NCBI GenBank assembly: GCA_913030625.1
Contig: CAJWDN010000001.1
Location: forward strand, 33,331 to 97,330
From: an uncultured Gammaproteobacteria bacterium
GTDB lineage: Bacteria > Pseudomonadota > Gammaproteobacteria > Pseudomonadales > Azotimanducaceae
DNA length: 64,000 nt
Direction of reading: 5' to 3'
Positions 29,943 through 39,532 of this stretch are shown here, one piece after another. The notes under the pieces are model-generated. The model searched no databases, was not told where the DNA came from, and saw only the letters and a list, made by a program, of their open reading frames with translations. The position numbers and the translations under genes were made by a program. Each line of letters starts with the position of its first letter. Within the stretch, counting starts at the first letter, position 1.

Positions 29943-31922
29943 ATGCCCTCACGTTTTGAACTCGCTAATGCCGTCCGGGTATTGGCCATGGAAGCTGTGC
30001 AAGCAGCGAACAGCGGTCACCCGGGAGCGCCTATGGGACTCGCCGATGTCGCTGAAGTCCTTTGGCGAGATTTTCTCAAGCACAACCCAAGCGACCCCCT
30101 GTGGCATGACCGAGATCGTTTCGTATTGTCCAACGGCCATGGCTCGATGTTGCTATACGCCCTGCTGCATCTAACCGGCTATGACGTTAGCCTGCAGGAT
30201 CTGAAAGATTTTAGGCAACTGCACTCTAAAACCGCGGGTCATCCGGAGTTTGGTGAATGCCCAGGGGTAGAGACCACCACAGGGCCGTTGGGCCAAGGTT
30301 TCGCGATGGCGGTGGGTATGGCGCTTGCCGAGCAGAAGCTCGCTAACGAATTTAATACGGAAGAAATTGATCTGGTTGATCACCGAACATGGGTGGTTGC
30401 TGGTGACGGCTGTCTGATGGAGGGCATCTCTCACGAGGCAGCGTCGTTGGCCGGCACGCTGGGGTTGTCTAAGCTCATTTGCCTTTATGACGACAATGGC
30501 ATCTCCATCGATGGCGAGGTGCAGGAGTGGTTCAGTGAGGATGTACCCGCACGTTTTGAAGCCTACGGCTGGCGCGTGATTCGCAACGTCAACGGTCACG
30601 ATGCCCAGGACATCAGCGATGCCCTAGGCAACGCTGCCGCGTCCGATGGACGGCCCACGCTGGTGTGTTGCAAAACTGTGATTGGTTTCGGATCCCCCAA
30701 TAAGCGCGGCACCGCCGGGGCTCACGGTTCAGTGCTGGGTGAGGAAGAAATCGCATTAACCAAGTCAGAGCTGGGTTGGACTGCGCCAGCCTGGGAAATT
30801 CCCGCTGACATGATGGATGCTTGGAACCAGCGCGATGCGGGCGCGCAAAAGCAACAAGCATGGCAGGCAAAACTTGATGCCTATCACGCGAGTGATGCCG
30901 TCAAGGCGGCAGAATTTGAGCGACGTATGAGCGGTGCGCTCGCTCCAGATTGGTCCGACGCCATCGATAAGTTCGCCAAGGATCAGCAGGCGAACCCTGT
31001 TGATTTGGAGACGCGAAAGTCGTCGCAGGCGGCTATTGGTGCGATCGCACAAGGGGTACCCGAGTTCTTCGGCGGCTCCGCCGACCTGACCGGCTCCAAC
31101 AACACCCGATGGGGCGACGCACAAGACGAGCAATATATGAGTTTTGGTGTCCGCGAGTTCGGCATGACAGCGATCAGCAATGGCATGCAGCTGCATGGTG
31201 GGTATCGGCCGTTTACCGGCACGTTCTTGATCTTTATGGAGTACGCGCGTAACGCGGTGCGCTTGGCGGCACTGATGCAGTTGCCCAACATCTTTGTTTA
31301 TACCCACGACTCGGTTGCCGTTGGTGAGGACGGTCCCACCCACCAGCCTGTAGAGCAGCTGGCCAATCTGCGCACCACACCTAATCTGGCGACTTGGCGT
31401 CCCTGCGACACGGTTGAAACCGCGGTGGCTTGGAAGTCAGCCGTGGCCAGTCGGAGCATGCCCACGGCCTTGGTGTTTACGCGTCAAAAAGTCGCGGCCC
31501 AAGCGCGCTCGAAAGAGGCCTTTGCAAACGTAGAGCGCGGCGGTTACGTACTCTATGAGTCAGATCAATCGCCGCAAGTCTTGCTGATTGCGACGGGCTC
31601 AGAAGTGGCGATCACCATGGCCGCGGCGCAGTCCCTGTCAGCACAAGGGCTTGCTGCACGGGTGGTGTCCATGCCCTGTGTTGAAGTATTTGAGATGCAG
31701 GATGCCGCGTACAAAGAGGCAGTATTGCCCGCTGCAGTGCGTGCCAGAGTTGCGGTGGAAGCAGGTCATCCAGACATATGGTTTAAGTATGTGGGGTTAG
31801 ACGGCGCCGTCGTTGGAATCGACCGCTTCGGTATGTCGGCACCCGGCGCTCAGGCGTTAGAAACCTTGGGCATGACGACTGAGCGCATTGTGGCCAGTGC
31901 GCTGACGGTGGCGGGCAAATAG
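29943..31922 (+). CDS. tktA: Transketolase
   Basis: 659 aa with NSGHPGAPMG (ThDP motif), GDGCLMEGISHEA and HDSVAVGEDGPTHQPVE. Confidence 0.97.
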   Translation: MPSRFELANAVRVLAMEAVQAANSGHPGAPMGLADVAEVLWRDFLKHNPSDPLWHDRDRFVLSNGHGSMLLYALLHLTGYDVSLQDLKDFRQLHSKTAGHPEFGECPGVETTTGPLGQGFAMAVGMALAEQKLANEFNTEEIDLVDHRTWVVAGDGCLMEGISHEAASLAGTLGLSKLICLYDDNGISIDGEVQEWFSEDVPARFEAYGWRVIRNVNGHDAQDISDALGNAAASDGRPTLVCCKTVIGFGSPNKRGTAGAHGSVLGEEEIALTKSELGWTAPAWEIPADMMDAWNQRDAGAQKQQAWQAKLDAYHASDAVKAAEFERRMSGALAPDWSDAIDKFAKDQQANPVDLETRKSSQAAIGAIAQGVPEFFGGSADLTGSNNTRWGDAQDEQYMSFGVREFGMTAISNGMQLHGGYRPFTGTFLIFMEYARNAVRLAALMQLPNIFVYTHDSVAVGEDGPTHQPVEQLANLRTTPNLATWRPCDTVETAVAWKSAVASRSMPTALVFTRQKVAAQARSKEAFANVERGGYVLYESDQSPQVLLIATGSEVAITMAAAQSLSAQGLAARVVSMPCVEVFEMQDAAYKEAVLPAAVRARVAVEAGHPDIWFKYVGLDGAVVGIDRFGMSAPGAQALETLGMTTERIVASALTVAGK

Positions 31923-32010
31923 AGCCAGATCCGCGCGGGCAGTCTCGCAGATACACACAGTGCCAAGCTAAGTTGCCAGGTCAAGACGGCAAGGAAAGAC
32001 AGGAAATAGC

Positions 32011-33192
32011 ATGAATTTACCGCCTATTACGGCGATGTCTGAGCTAGACCTTAGTGGCAAGCGGGTCTTGATCAGAGCCGATCTTAATGTGCCCTTGAGT
32101 GGCGGCTCAGTGAGCAGCGACACTCGTATTCGCGCCTCGGTGCCAACCATATTACGAGCGGTTGAGCAGGGTGCGAGCGTGGTCGTCATGTCGCATCTGG
32201 GCCGCCCTAGCGAAGGCCAATTCGATCCCGACGCATCCTTGGCGCCTGTTGCAACAAGGCTAGCAGAGCTGCTGGCAATGCCAGTACCGCTCCTGGCAGA
32301 ACTCGAACAGGCTGCGGATTTGGCTCTGGGCACGGTTGCCCTGTTGGAAAACGTGCGCTTTTTCAGCGGTGAAAAAGCAGACGAAGACGAACTTGCCCAG
32401 CGTATGGCGGCTATCTGCGATGTATTTGTCATGGATGCCTTTGGCACGGCCCATAGGGCCCAAGCCTCTACCCACGGTGTGGCTAGGTATGCCCCCAAAG
32501 TATGCGCTGGGCTTTTGTTGGACGCCGAACTGCAGGCCTTTCAGCAGGTACTGGCGCAGCCTGCCTGCCCCATGGTTGCAATCATCGGCGGCGCCAAGGT
32601 ATCGACAAAGCTCGAGGTTCTTGGTTCGTTGGCGACGGTTGCAGATCGCATAATTGTCGGCGGCGGCATCGCCAATACTTTTATCGCGGCCGCAGGCTAC
32701 AGTGTTGGTGCCTCGCTCTATGAGGCGGAACTGGTGGAGACCGCTCGCCAGATTGCCGAGCGCGTCGATATTCCCATCCCGGTAGATGTCATGGTTGCTC
32801 AGAAATTTGCCGCCGACGCGGTGGGTGTGGTGAAAACCATCGATGACGTCGCGGACGATGAGATGATTCTCGACATTGGCCCGGTAACCGCGCGAGCTTG
32901 GGCGGAAAGTTTGATTGATGCACAAACCATCATGTGGAATGGCCCCGTCGGTGTCTTTGAGTTCCCGCAATTTGGACAAGGCACAAAGGTGCTGGGTGAG
33001 GCGATTGCCGCGAGCAGTGCTTACTCCATCGCGGGCGGCGGAGACACCTTGGCAGCGGTCGAACAATATGGCCTTGATAAGGGCATCTCTTATATCTCAA
33101 CGGGTGGCGGCGCGTTTCTCGAATTAGTCGAGGGCAAAACACTGCCGGCGGTTGCGGTACTGGGCGAGCGCAGTGCCAACGCGGATTTGTAG
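32011..33192 (+). CDS. pgk: Phosphoglycerate kinase
   Basis: Contains RADLNVP, SHLGRP and STGGGAFLE. The start may instead be M9 at 32035. Confidence 0.97.
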   Translation: MNLPPITAMSELDLSGKRVLIRADLNVPLSGGSVSSDTRIRASVPTILRAVEQGASVVVMSHLGRPSEGQFDPDASLAPVATRLAELLAMPVPLLAELEQAADLALGTVALLENVRFFSGEKADEDELAQRMAAICDVFVMDAFGTAHRAQASTHGVARYAPKVCAGLLLDAELQAFQQVLAQPACPMVAIIGGAKVSTKLEVLGSLATVADRIIVGGGIANTFIAAAGYSVGASLYEAELVETARQIAERVDIPIPVDVMVAQKFAADAVGVVKTIDDVADDEMILDIGPVTARAWAESLIDAQTIMWNGPVGVFEFPQFGQGTKVLGEAIAASSAYSIAGGGDTLAAVEQYGLDKGISYISTGGGAFLELVEGKTLPAVAVLGERSANADL

Positions 33193-33249
33193 AGTAGCGA
33201 CGCAGAGCAAATTGAATTAAACGCGAAAGAAAATTTACCAGAGAACAGT

Positions 33250-34116
33250 ATGGCTCTTATCAGTATGCGACAGCTTTTGCATCATGCCGCCGAAAACGAC
33301 TACGGCGTTTCTGCCAACGTTTGCCAGCGCTCCATGCAAATGGGATTCACCTCGGTGATGATGGATGGTTCCTTGCTGGAAGATCAAAAAACACCAGCGG
33401 AGTATGGCTGCAACGTCGATGTCACTCGACGTGTGGTGGAGATGGCTCATGCATGTGGTGTCTCTGTAGAAGGCGAACTGGGGTGCCTAGGTTCCTTGGA
33501 AACCTGCACCGCGTGTGAAGAGGATGGTGTGTGGGCCGAGGGCGTGCTGAATAGGGATCAGCTACTGACGGACCCCGAAGCGGCAGCAGATTTTGTCGCC
33601 AAAACTGAGGTCGATGCATTGGCCATCGCCATTGGTACTTCTCATGGCGCCTACAAATTCAGCCGCCCGCCGTCCGGTGACATATTGGCCATTGATCGAA
33701 TCAAGGCCATCCATGAACGCCTGCCCAACGCCCACCTCGTTATGCACGGCAGCTCTTCTGTGCCCCAAGACCTACTGAAGGAGATCAACGAGTGCGGCGG
33801 TGAGATCGCGGAAACCTTCGGGGTGCCAGTGCAGGAAATCCAGCAGGGCATCAAACACGGTGTGCGCAAGGTCAACATTGATACCGGCCTGCGCTTAGCG
33901 TCCGCGGCCTCGATTCGTAGATCCCTCGCGGAGAATCCTGCGGAGTTTGATCCGCGTAAGTATTTGGCGGTATCGCAGAAGGCCATGAAGGATGTTGTCG
34001 TTGCTCGTTACGAGGCTTTTGACACAGCAGGCAATGCGGACAAAATTCATGCTAAGTCTCTAGAGTCTATGTTCATGCACTACGCTGCTGGCGAACTCAC
34101 GCCGCTGATTGCCTAG
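33250..34116 (+). CDS. fba: Class II fructose-1,6-bisphosphate aldolase homolog with a ~66-codon in-frame internal deletion (possibly a pseudogene or an assembly artefact)
   Basis: It has 288 aa against roughly 354 for Pseudomonas/CbbA-type Fba. The N-terminus [22 protein letters not shown] joins directly to [19 protein letters not shown], skipping the FNVNN...CMHQDHG block. The remainder ([24 protein letters not shown]) is collinear with the family. Confidence 0.8.
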   Translation: MALISMRQLLHHAAENDYGVSANVCQRSMQMGFTSVMMDGSLLEDQKTPAEYGCNVDVTRRVVEMAHACGVSVEGELGCLGSLETCTACEEDGVWAEGVLNRDQLLTDPEAAADFVAKTEVDALAIAIGTSHGAYKFSRPPSGDILAIDRIKAIHERLPNAHLVMHGSSSVPQDLLKEINECGGEIAETFGVPVQEIQQGIKHGVRKVNIDTGLRLASAASIRRSLAENPAEFDPRKYLAVSQKAMKDVVVARYEAFDTAGNADKIHAKSLESMFMHYAAGELTPLIA

Positions 34117-34125
34117 GCTATTACC

Positions 34126-35142
34126 TTGTCAGAGCTACCGAAACGCGGCCAAAGCCCCTTCGATGATGCGGCGTTGATTCAAGCCTTGGCCGCGCCGCCG
34201 GTGGACGAAGGCACTTGGTTTGAAATCGAGCCAGCGCTGTTTGAGCAGTACAACGCCTACTACAGCTTGGACTTTGAGGCGCTCAAGGCAAAACGTGCCT
34301 ACGGTGTCTTTGCCGTGAGGCAAGATCGTATTTTTTCGCAAACCTTTGTGCCGGAATCGCAAAAGCCCGTGGCCTGGGCGCTGGTTTGCCACGGCTACTA
34401 CGATCATATGGGGCTCTACGGCCACCTAGTTAATGAGCTTTTGCAGCGCAACATAGCCGTCGTTGGTTTTGATCAAATCGGCCATGGCCTGTCGACAGGT
34501 GCGCAAGCCACCATCGAAGATTTTCAGCGATACATTCAGGTGGTCGAGGTTGCCTACAAGCTCGCGCAGCGCTTGGCGAGTGGTCTGCCACTGCATTGGT
34601 TTGGTCAAAGCATGGGCGGCGCCCTCACCATGGAGTATTGGCAGCAGCAACGCTTCACCAAGAACAATCAGCCAAGTGGCGAAATGGTGTTACTCGCGCC
34701 GCTGGTTCGGCCCTACGCATGGCCGTGGCTGCGCTGGGTCTTTGAGTTAGCCAAGCGCACAGTGCATTCGCGGCCCAGAGATGTGTCGACAAATATCGAC
34801 AATCCCGAGTTTGTCTCCTTACTCGGCCGAGACCCACTGCAGGCGCAGGTGCTGCCGTTGGCTTGGGTCAATGCTATGGTTAACTGGTTCAAGCACTTTG
34901 AGTCATCTCATCCGTCGGTACTAAACCCCGTCATCATTCACGGCTATGGAGATCGCACGGTCAGCTACCGCCACAATTTGCCCCTGCTTAAGCAGATTTA
35001 TCCCCAAAGCCAGATTCATGTGGTACCTGCCGCAAGGCATCACTTGGTCAACGAAACACCGCAAATACAGGCCGCCATCTGGGAGCGACTCGATGTGGCC
35101 TGTAATTGGGCCAGCCTAAGAGGAGAAGTTCATGTTGTCTGA
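34126..35142 (+). CDS. Alpha/beta hydrolase (lysophospholipase/monoacylglycerol-lipase-like)
   Basis: Has the oxyanion HG motif (LVCHGYYDH), the nucleophile elbow GQSMGG and the C-terminal H in ARHHLVNE. The TTG start is uncertain because no Shine-Dalgarno sequence precedes it. Confidence 0.75.
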   Translation: MSELPKRGQSPFDDAALIQALAAPPVDEGTWFEIEPALFEQYNAYYSLDFEALKAKRAYGVFAVRQDRIFSQTFVPESQKPVAWALVCHGYYDHMGLYGHLVNELLQRNIAVVGFDQIGHGLSTGAQATIEDFQRYIQVVEVAYKLAQRLASGLPLHWFGQSMGGALTMEYWQQQRFTKNNQPSGEMVLLAPLVRPYAWPWLRWVFELAKRTVHSRPRDVSTNIDNPEFVSLLGRDPLQAQVLPLAWVNAMVNWFKHFESSHPSVLNPVIIHGYGDRTVSYRHNLPLLKQIYPQSQIHVVPAARHHLVNETPQIQAAIWERLDVACNWASLRGEVHVV

Positions 35143-36502
35143 GGTGTTGGCGCCAAAACAGATCAAGGAAGACGCCGAAAGTTTGCAGATCTGGGGCAAG
35201 GATTGGACCAACGGGTTTGTTGTAGCGCCCAGCGCTATCGTGTTTCCCGAAAGCATTGAGCAGCTACAAGACTTGGTCGCGCACGCCCGCAGCCATGACC
35301 TAAAGCTCGTGCCTTCCGGTGGCCGAACCGGCTTGTCGGGTGGCGCAGTGGCAAGTCAGGGAGAGGTCGTCGTATCTTTTGATCGCATGAACCAGATCCT
35401 CGATTTCTCGCCTGAAGACCGCATCGTCACATGCCAGCCTGGCGTGATTACGGCGAATTTGCAGGCTTTTGCTGCAGAGCAGGGTTTGTTCTACCCCGTG
35501 GACTTTGCCTCTTCGGGTTCATCGCAAATCGGCGGCAATGTGGCGACCAATGCTGGTGGCATTAAGGTTATACGCTATGGCCTGACCCGAGACTGGGTAG
35601 CGGGGATGAAGGTGGTGACAGGTACCGGCGCACTTCTTGACTGCAACGCGGGACTGATTAAGAACGCCACTGGCTACGATTTCCGCCACTTGATGATTGG
35701 CTCTGAGGGGACACTGGGCTTGATCGGCGAACTGGACATGTATCTGGCGCCCCGGCCCCAGCCACAGGTTGTCATGGTTGTCGGCGTGCCAGAAGTCACT
35801 GACCTGCTCAACATATTGAACGTTTTCAATGACCGCCTGACGCTTTCGGCGTTTGAGTTTTTCTCGGACCTAGCGCTGCAAAAGGTGCAGGCGCACCGAC
35901 AGTTGCCAGCGCCGCTGGAAAGCCGCGTAGAAAACTACGCCCTGTTGGAATTTGATGAGTCCGATCTCTCCAGCGCAGAAGAAGCTTTCGTTTCCTGCAT
36001 GGACCGCGGCTGGTTAGTCGATGGTGTTGTCAGCCAGTCTCAGGCTCAAGCGGCATCCTTGTGGCAACTGCGTGAAGGCATCTCCGAGAGCTTGGCGCCT
36101 CACACCCCATATAAAAACGATCTGTCGGTGCGGATCAGCGAAGTGCCGGCTTTTCTCGCAGATGTCGATCGCTACGTTCGGGAGGGTTATCCGGGTTTCG
36201 AGGTTTGCTGGTACGGCCATATTGGCGACGGCAATCTGCACCTGAATATCTTGCGGCCGGAGTCGATGAGTGTTGATGAGTTTTTTCACGTCGGCCACAC
36301 CATGAGCCCAAAGATCTTTGAACTGGTGCAAGCACGGCGCGGCAGCATATCGGCGGAACATGGGGTAGGCCTGCTGAAACGCGATTTCCTAGGCTATAGC
36401 CGCAGCGACGAAGAGATCGCTCTGATGCGCGGCTTGAAACAAGTATTTGACCCAGAGCAAATCCTCAATCCCGATAAGCTACTGCCACTCGTTGGCGCTT
36501 AA
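35132..36502 (+). CDS. FAD-binding oxidase, D-2-hydroxyglutarate dehydrogenase-like (GlcD/PA0317 family)
   Basis: 456 aa. It is collinear with the Pseudomonas PA0317-type protein as I recall it (SAIVFP.SIEQ...LVPSGGRTGLSGGAV...SSQIGGN..TNAGGIKVIRYG...GHIGDGNLHLNIL...SISAEHGVG). GAGGAG lies upstream of the ATG. Confidence 0.85.
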   Translation: MLSEVLAPKQIKEDAESLQIWGKDWTNGFVVAPSAIVFPESIEQLQDLVAHARSHDLKLVPSGGRTGLSGGAVASQGEVVVSFDRMNQILDFSPEDRIVTCQPGVITANLQAFAAEQGLFYPVDFASSGSSQIGGNVATNAGGIKVIRYGLTRDWVAGMKVVTGTGALLDCNAGLIKNATGYDFRHLMIGSEGTLGLIGELDMYLAPRPQPQVVMVVGVPEVTDLLNILNVFNDRLTLSAFEFFSDLALQKVQAHRQLPAPLESRVENYALLEFDESDLSSAEEAFVSCMDRGWLVDGVVSQSQAQAASLWQLREGISESLAPHTPYKNDLSVRISEVPAFLADVDRYVREGYPGFEVCWYGHIGDGNLHLNILRPESMSVDEFFHVGHTMSPKIFELVQARRGSISAEHGVGLLKRDFLGYSRSDEEIALMRGLKQVFDPEQILNPDKLLPLVGA

Positions 36503-36683
36503 GCAGTTGTCATCGCGAGCGGTCGTCACCATCCAGCAATCGCCCAATACCGAACCTTTGCCTTTATCACCGCCACTCATTTGGGGCGCCGCCGAAATGG
36601 TATGCGAATCCTGCGGACCAGTCTTGAGTGGCACCGCGCCTATGTGTCGAGCGGTTCAAAGCTTGCTTGCCGTACCGCAGCAT

Positions 36684-37370
36684 CTAAGGGTTTGAAGCAT
36701 CCAAGATGGTGACGCCATTGTCCCCGGCTAAGAATGCGACATGGGCGGCTTGTTGGGCGAAGATGCCGTTGCACACAACGCCGGGTACATCGTTGATACG
36801 GCGCTCTAGGTCTAAGGGTTGGTCGATTGTGAGGCTGTGAACATCGAGAATGATGTTGCCGTTGTCGGTCGTTACCCCCTCGCGCCAAATGGGCTGTCCG
36901 CCCAACATCACCAGGGCTCGCGCAACGAGGCTACGGGCCATGGGAATAACCTCGACAGGCAGAGGAAAGGCCCCAAGTGTTTCTACCAACTTGCTATCAT
37001 CGGCGATGCAGACGAATTCATTGGCGGCACTGGCGACGATTTTCTCGCGAGCTAACGCGGCGCCGCCGCCCTTGATCATGTTGCCCAGCGCATCGATTTC
37101 GTCGGCGCCATCTACATAAACATCAAGATGTGAGGTCGCGTTTAGATCAAGCACAGTGATCCCATGTGCGACAAGACGTTGCTGCGTTTCCTCGCTGGAC
37201 GCGACGGCGGCATCGAAGGTGTGCTGAATTTGTGCCAGTGCGTCGATAAAGTAATTGGCGGTCGAGCCGGTGCCAACACCCACGATGCTTTTGCGATCCA
37301 ACTTAGGGCCAATGTATGAAATGGCCGCCTTGGCGGCTTTTTGCTTGAGTTCGTCCTGAGAATGGCTGAT
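36684..37370 (-). CDS. rpiA: Ribose-5-phosphate isomerase A (start codon unresolved)
   Basis: Contains [17 protein letters not shown]...[16 protein letters not shown]...YVDGADE...KGGGAAL.REK. The homology begins at codon 49-51 of track ORF 36684..37508. The coordinate given assumes initiation at ATC 37370, which has GAGG 6 nt upstream; see the findings. Confidence 0.8.
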   Translation of the reverse strand: MSHSQDELKQKAAKAAISYIGPKLDRKSIVGVGTGSTANYFIDALAQIQHTFDAAVASSEETQQRLVAHGITVLDLNATSHLDVYVDGADEIDALGNMIKGGGAALAREKIVASAANEFVCIADDSKLVETLGAFPLPVEVIPMARSLVARALVMLGGQPIWREGVTTDNGNIILDVHSLTIDQPLDLERRINDVPGVVCNGIFAQQAAHVAFLAGDNGVTILDASNP

Positions 37371-37441
37371 AAAGCGCCTCGTTTGCGAAGTGGCGTGAAG
37401 ATGGACAGCGAAGTCCGGCGAAGGAACGAGAAAATGTTGGC

Positions 37442-38956
37442 ATGTTAGAAAATTATGTAAAGAAAATTCTGGGCTCAAAAGTCTATGATCTGGCTGCCGA
37501 GAGCCCATTGTCTGGCGCGCCGCTGTTGAGCAGACGCCTCGGCGTAAACGTCAGCCTGAAGCGCGAAGACATGCAGTCGGTTTACAGCTTTAAGCTGCGC
37601 GGGGCTTACAACAAGATGGCGCAGTTAAGCGAAGAACAAAAAGCTACAGGCGTGATCACGGCATCCGCTGGCAACCACGCCCAAGGCGTGGCCATTTCGG
37701 CACAAAAGCTCGGCATTCGCGCCACCATCGTCATGGGCCAAAACACGCCGAGCATTAAAGTGAACGCGGTTCGTGATCGAGGCGCAAAAGTTGTCCTGCA
37801 TGGCGATAACTACGACGAGGCCTCGCAGCACGCCAAGGCACTTTGCGAGGCACAAAGCTTGGTTTACATCCCTCCCTATGACGATGTGGATGTGATTGCC
37901 GGGCAGGGCACCATTGGCATGGAAATCGTTAATCAGCATAGCCAGCCGCTTGATGCGATTTTTGTACCCGTCGGTGGGGGCGGCCTTATCGCCGGCGTTG
38001 CCGCTTACGTGAAGTATTTACATCCAAGTACCAAAATCATTGGCGTTGAAGCCCAAGGATCAAACTGTCTCGACGTCGCGATGAAGGCCGGACGTCGGGT
38101 AAGGCTGCCTACTGACCAGCTGGACTTGTTCGCCGACGGCGTCAGCGTGGCGCAAATTGGTAAGGAGACGTTCAAGGTTGCCAAGAAATATGTCGACGAC
38201 GTTGTGGTGGTAAACGTGGATGAAATCTGTGCGGCCATTAAGGATGTGTTTGAGGATACGCGCTGTGTGGCCGAGCCTGCCGGTGCTCTGGCCATTGCGG
38301 GTATGAAGCGCTACGTCGATGCCCACCCTGGCATGTCGCATGTGGTGTCCATCGTCAGCGGTGCCAACGTCAACTTCGACCGCCTGCGCCATATATCAGA
38401 GCGCGCGGAAGTCGGCGAAGCGCGAGAAGCGGTGCTAGCGGTCACCATAGATGAGGCCAAGGGCAGTTTTTTGAAGTTCTGCCGCGCCCTCGGCAAACGC
38501 GCCATAACGGAATTCAACTACCGCAGCGCAGATTCTGAGCAGGCGCATATTTACGTCGGCATTGGCGTCAAGTCGAAAGAAGATCGTATGACACTGATTG
38601 CGCAGCTTGCGTCCAAGGGCTATCAGATTTTTGACATGACCGAAAACGAAGCTGCCAAGGTGCATGTGCGCCATATGGTGGGAGGCCATCGCGGCAGTCC
38701 CGGGTCTGAGATGCTGTTTCGTTTTGAATTTCCCGAGCGTCCCGGTGCCTTGCTGCAGTTTTTGTCGGGTCTCGGTGCGGACTGGAACATCTCGCTATTC
38801 CATTACCGCAATCACGGATCGGCTTGGGGGCGGGTGCTTGTCGGCTTTGACGCTAACGCCTCACAGCGCACGCAGCTGCAAAGTTATTTGCAGCGTATTG
38901 GCTATCGTTTCTGGTCTGAGCAAGACAATCCGGCTTACGACTTGTTTTTGCGTTAA
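37442..38956 (+). CDS. ilvA: Threonine ammonia-lyase, biosynthetic
   Basis: 504 aa with the PLP Lys motif [11 protein letters not shown] and two C-terminal ACT-like regulatory repeats. It is divergent from rpiA, as in Pseudomonas. Confidence 0.95.
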   Translation: MLENYVKKILGSKVYDLAAESPLSGAPLLSRRLGVNVSLKREDMQSVYSFKLRGAYNKMAQLSEEQKATGVITASAGNHAQGVAISAQKLGIRATIVMGQNTPSIKVNAVRDRGAKVVLHGDNYDEASQHAKALCEAQSLVYIPPYDDVDVIAGQGTIGMEIVNQHSQPLDAIFVPVGGGGLIAGVAAYVKYLHPSTKIIGVEAQGSNCLDVAMKAGRRVRLPTDQLDLFADGVSVAQIGKETFKVAKKYVDDVVVVNVDEICAAIKDVFEDTRCVAEPAGALAIAGMKRYVDAHPGMSHVVSIVSGANVNFDRLRHISERAEVGEAREAVLAVTIDEAKGSFLKFCRALGKRAITEFNYRSADSEQAHIYVGIGVKSKEDRMTLIAQLASKGYQIFDMTENEAAKVHVRHMVGGHRGSPGSEMLFRFEFPERPGALLQFLSGLGADWNISLFHYRNHGSAWGRVLVGFDANASQRTQLQSYLQRIGYRFWSEQDNPAYDLFLR

Positions 38957-38983
38957 CTGCCTCGGCGCCTATTGAGGCACCTG

Positions 38984-39520
38984 TTACTGTTCTGGCTGAT
39001 GGGCTAACCACTCGTCTTCAAATACCAGCTGGGTCATATCCCGAATGTGATCAACGTAGAGTTTGCCGGCTAGGTGATCAAACTCATGCTGCACCACGGT
39101 GGCCAAAAAGCCCTTGAGATCGATAGATGCCTGCTCACCTGCAATGTCCATGTAGTCAACGCGCACATGCTGCGGACGGTGCACGAAGCCGCGGAGCCCC
39201 GGCACCGACAAACAACCTTCCCAATAACCCGCCTCGGCTGGATCGACCACCGTTAGCACGGGGTTAAAGAAAACCGTTAACGGTACGGCTTCAATTTCGC
39301 CGTAGCGACTCGGGCCGCCGGGCACCTCAATAATGGCCAACTGGATTGGACGATCAATTTGCGGCGCCGCTAAACCGATGCCACCGGCGTCGTGCAGGGT
39401 CTCCACCATGTCGGCGATCAGGGTATGCATTTCCGGGCGGTCGATATCAGATGGAGCGACAGGCGAGGCAACTTTTCGCAGAGTTGGGTGCCCCATTTTA
39501 ATGATCGGATAAATGCTCAC
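38984..39520 (-). CDS. def: Peptide deformylase
   Basis: 178 aa with all three PDF motifs: GIGLAAPQI, EGCLSVPG and QHEFDHL. Confidence 0.9.
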   Translation of the reverse strand: MSIYPIIKMGHPTLRKVASPVAPSDIDRPEMHTLIADMVETLHDAGGIGLAAPQIDRPIQLAIIEVPGGPSRYGEIEAVPLTVFFNPVLTVVDPAEAGYWEGCLSVPGLRGFVHRPQHVRVDYMDIAGEQASIDLKGFLATVVQHEFDHLAGKLYVDHIRDMTQLVFEDEWLAHQPEQ

Positions 39521-39532
39521 GCAGCTCTCTCC

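Noticed and set aside
32260-33066. Long antisense ORFs opposite strongly supported genes. This is the 268-aa one opposite pgk. Similar ones lie at 40..582 (spoT), 5558..6217 (argB), 6843..7496 (algC), 41976..42620 (pepP), 46798..47451 (gcvPA), 50079..50789 (DUF255) and 30765..31343 (tktA).
   Set aside because: Each lies entirely within a gene whose sense-strand translation matches a conserved family. The antisense products have no motifs and a skewed composition. I attribute them to stop-codon depletion in GC-rich coding DNA.
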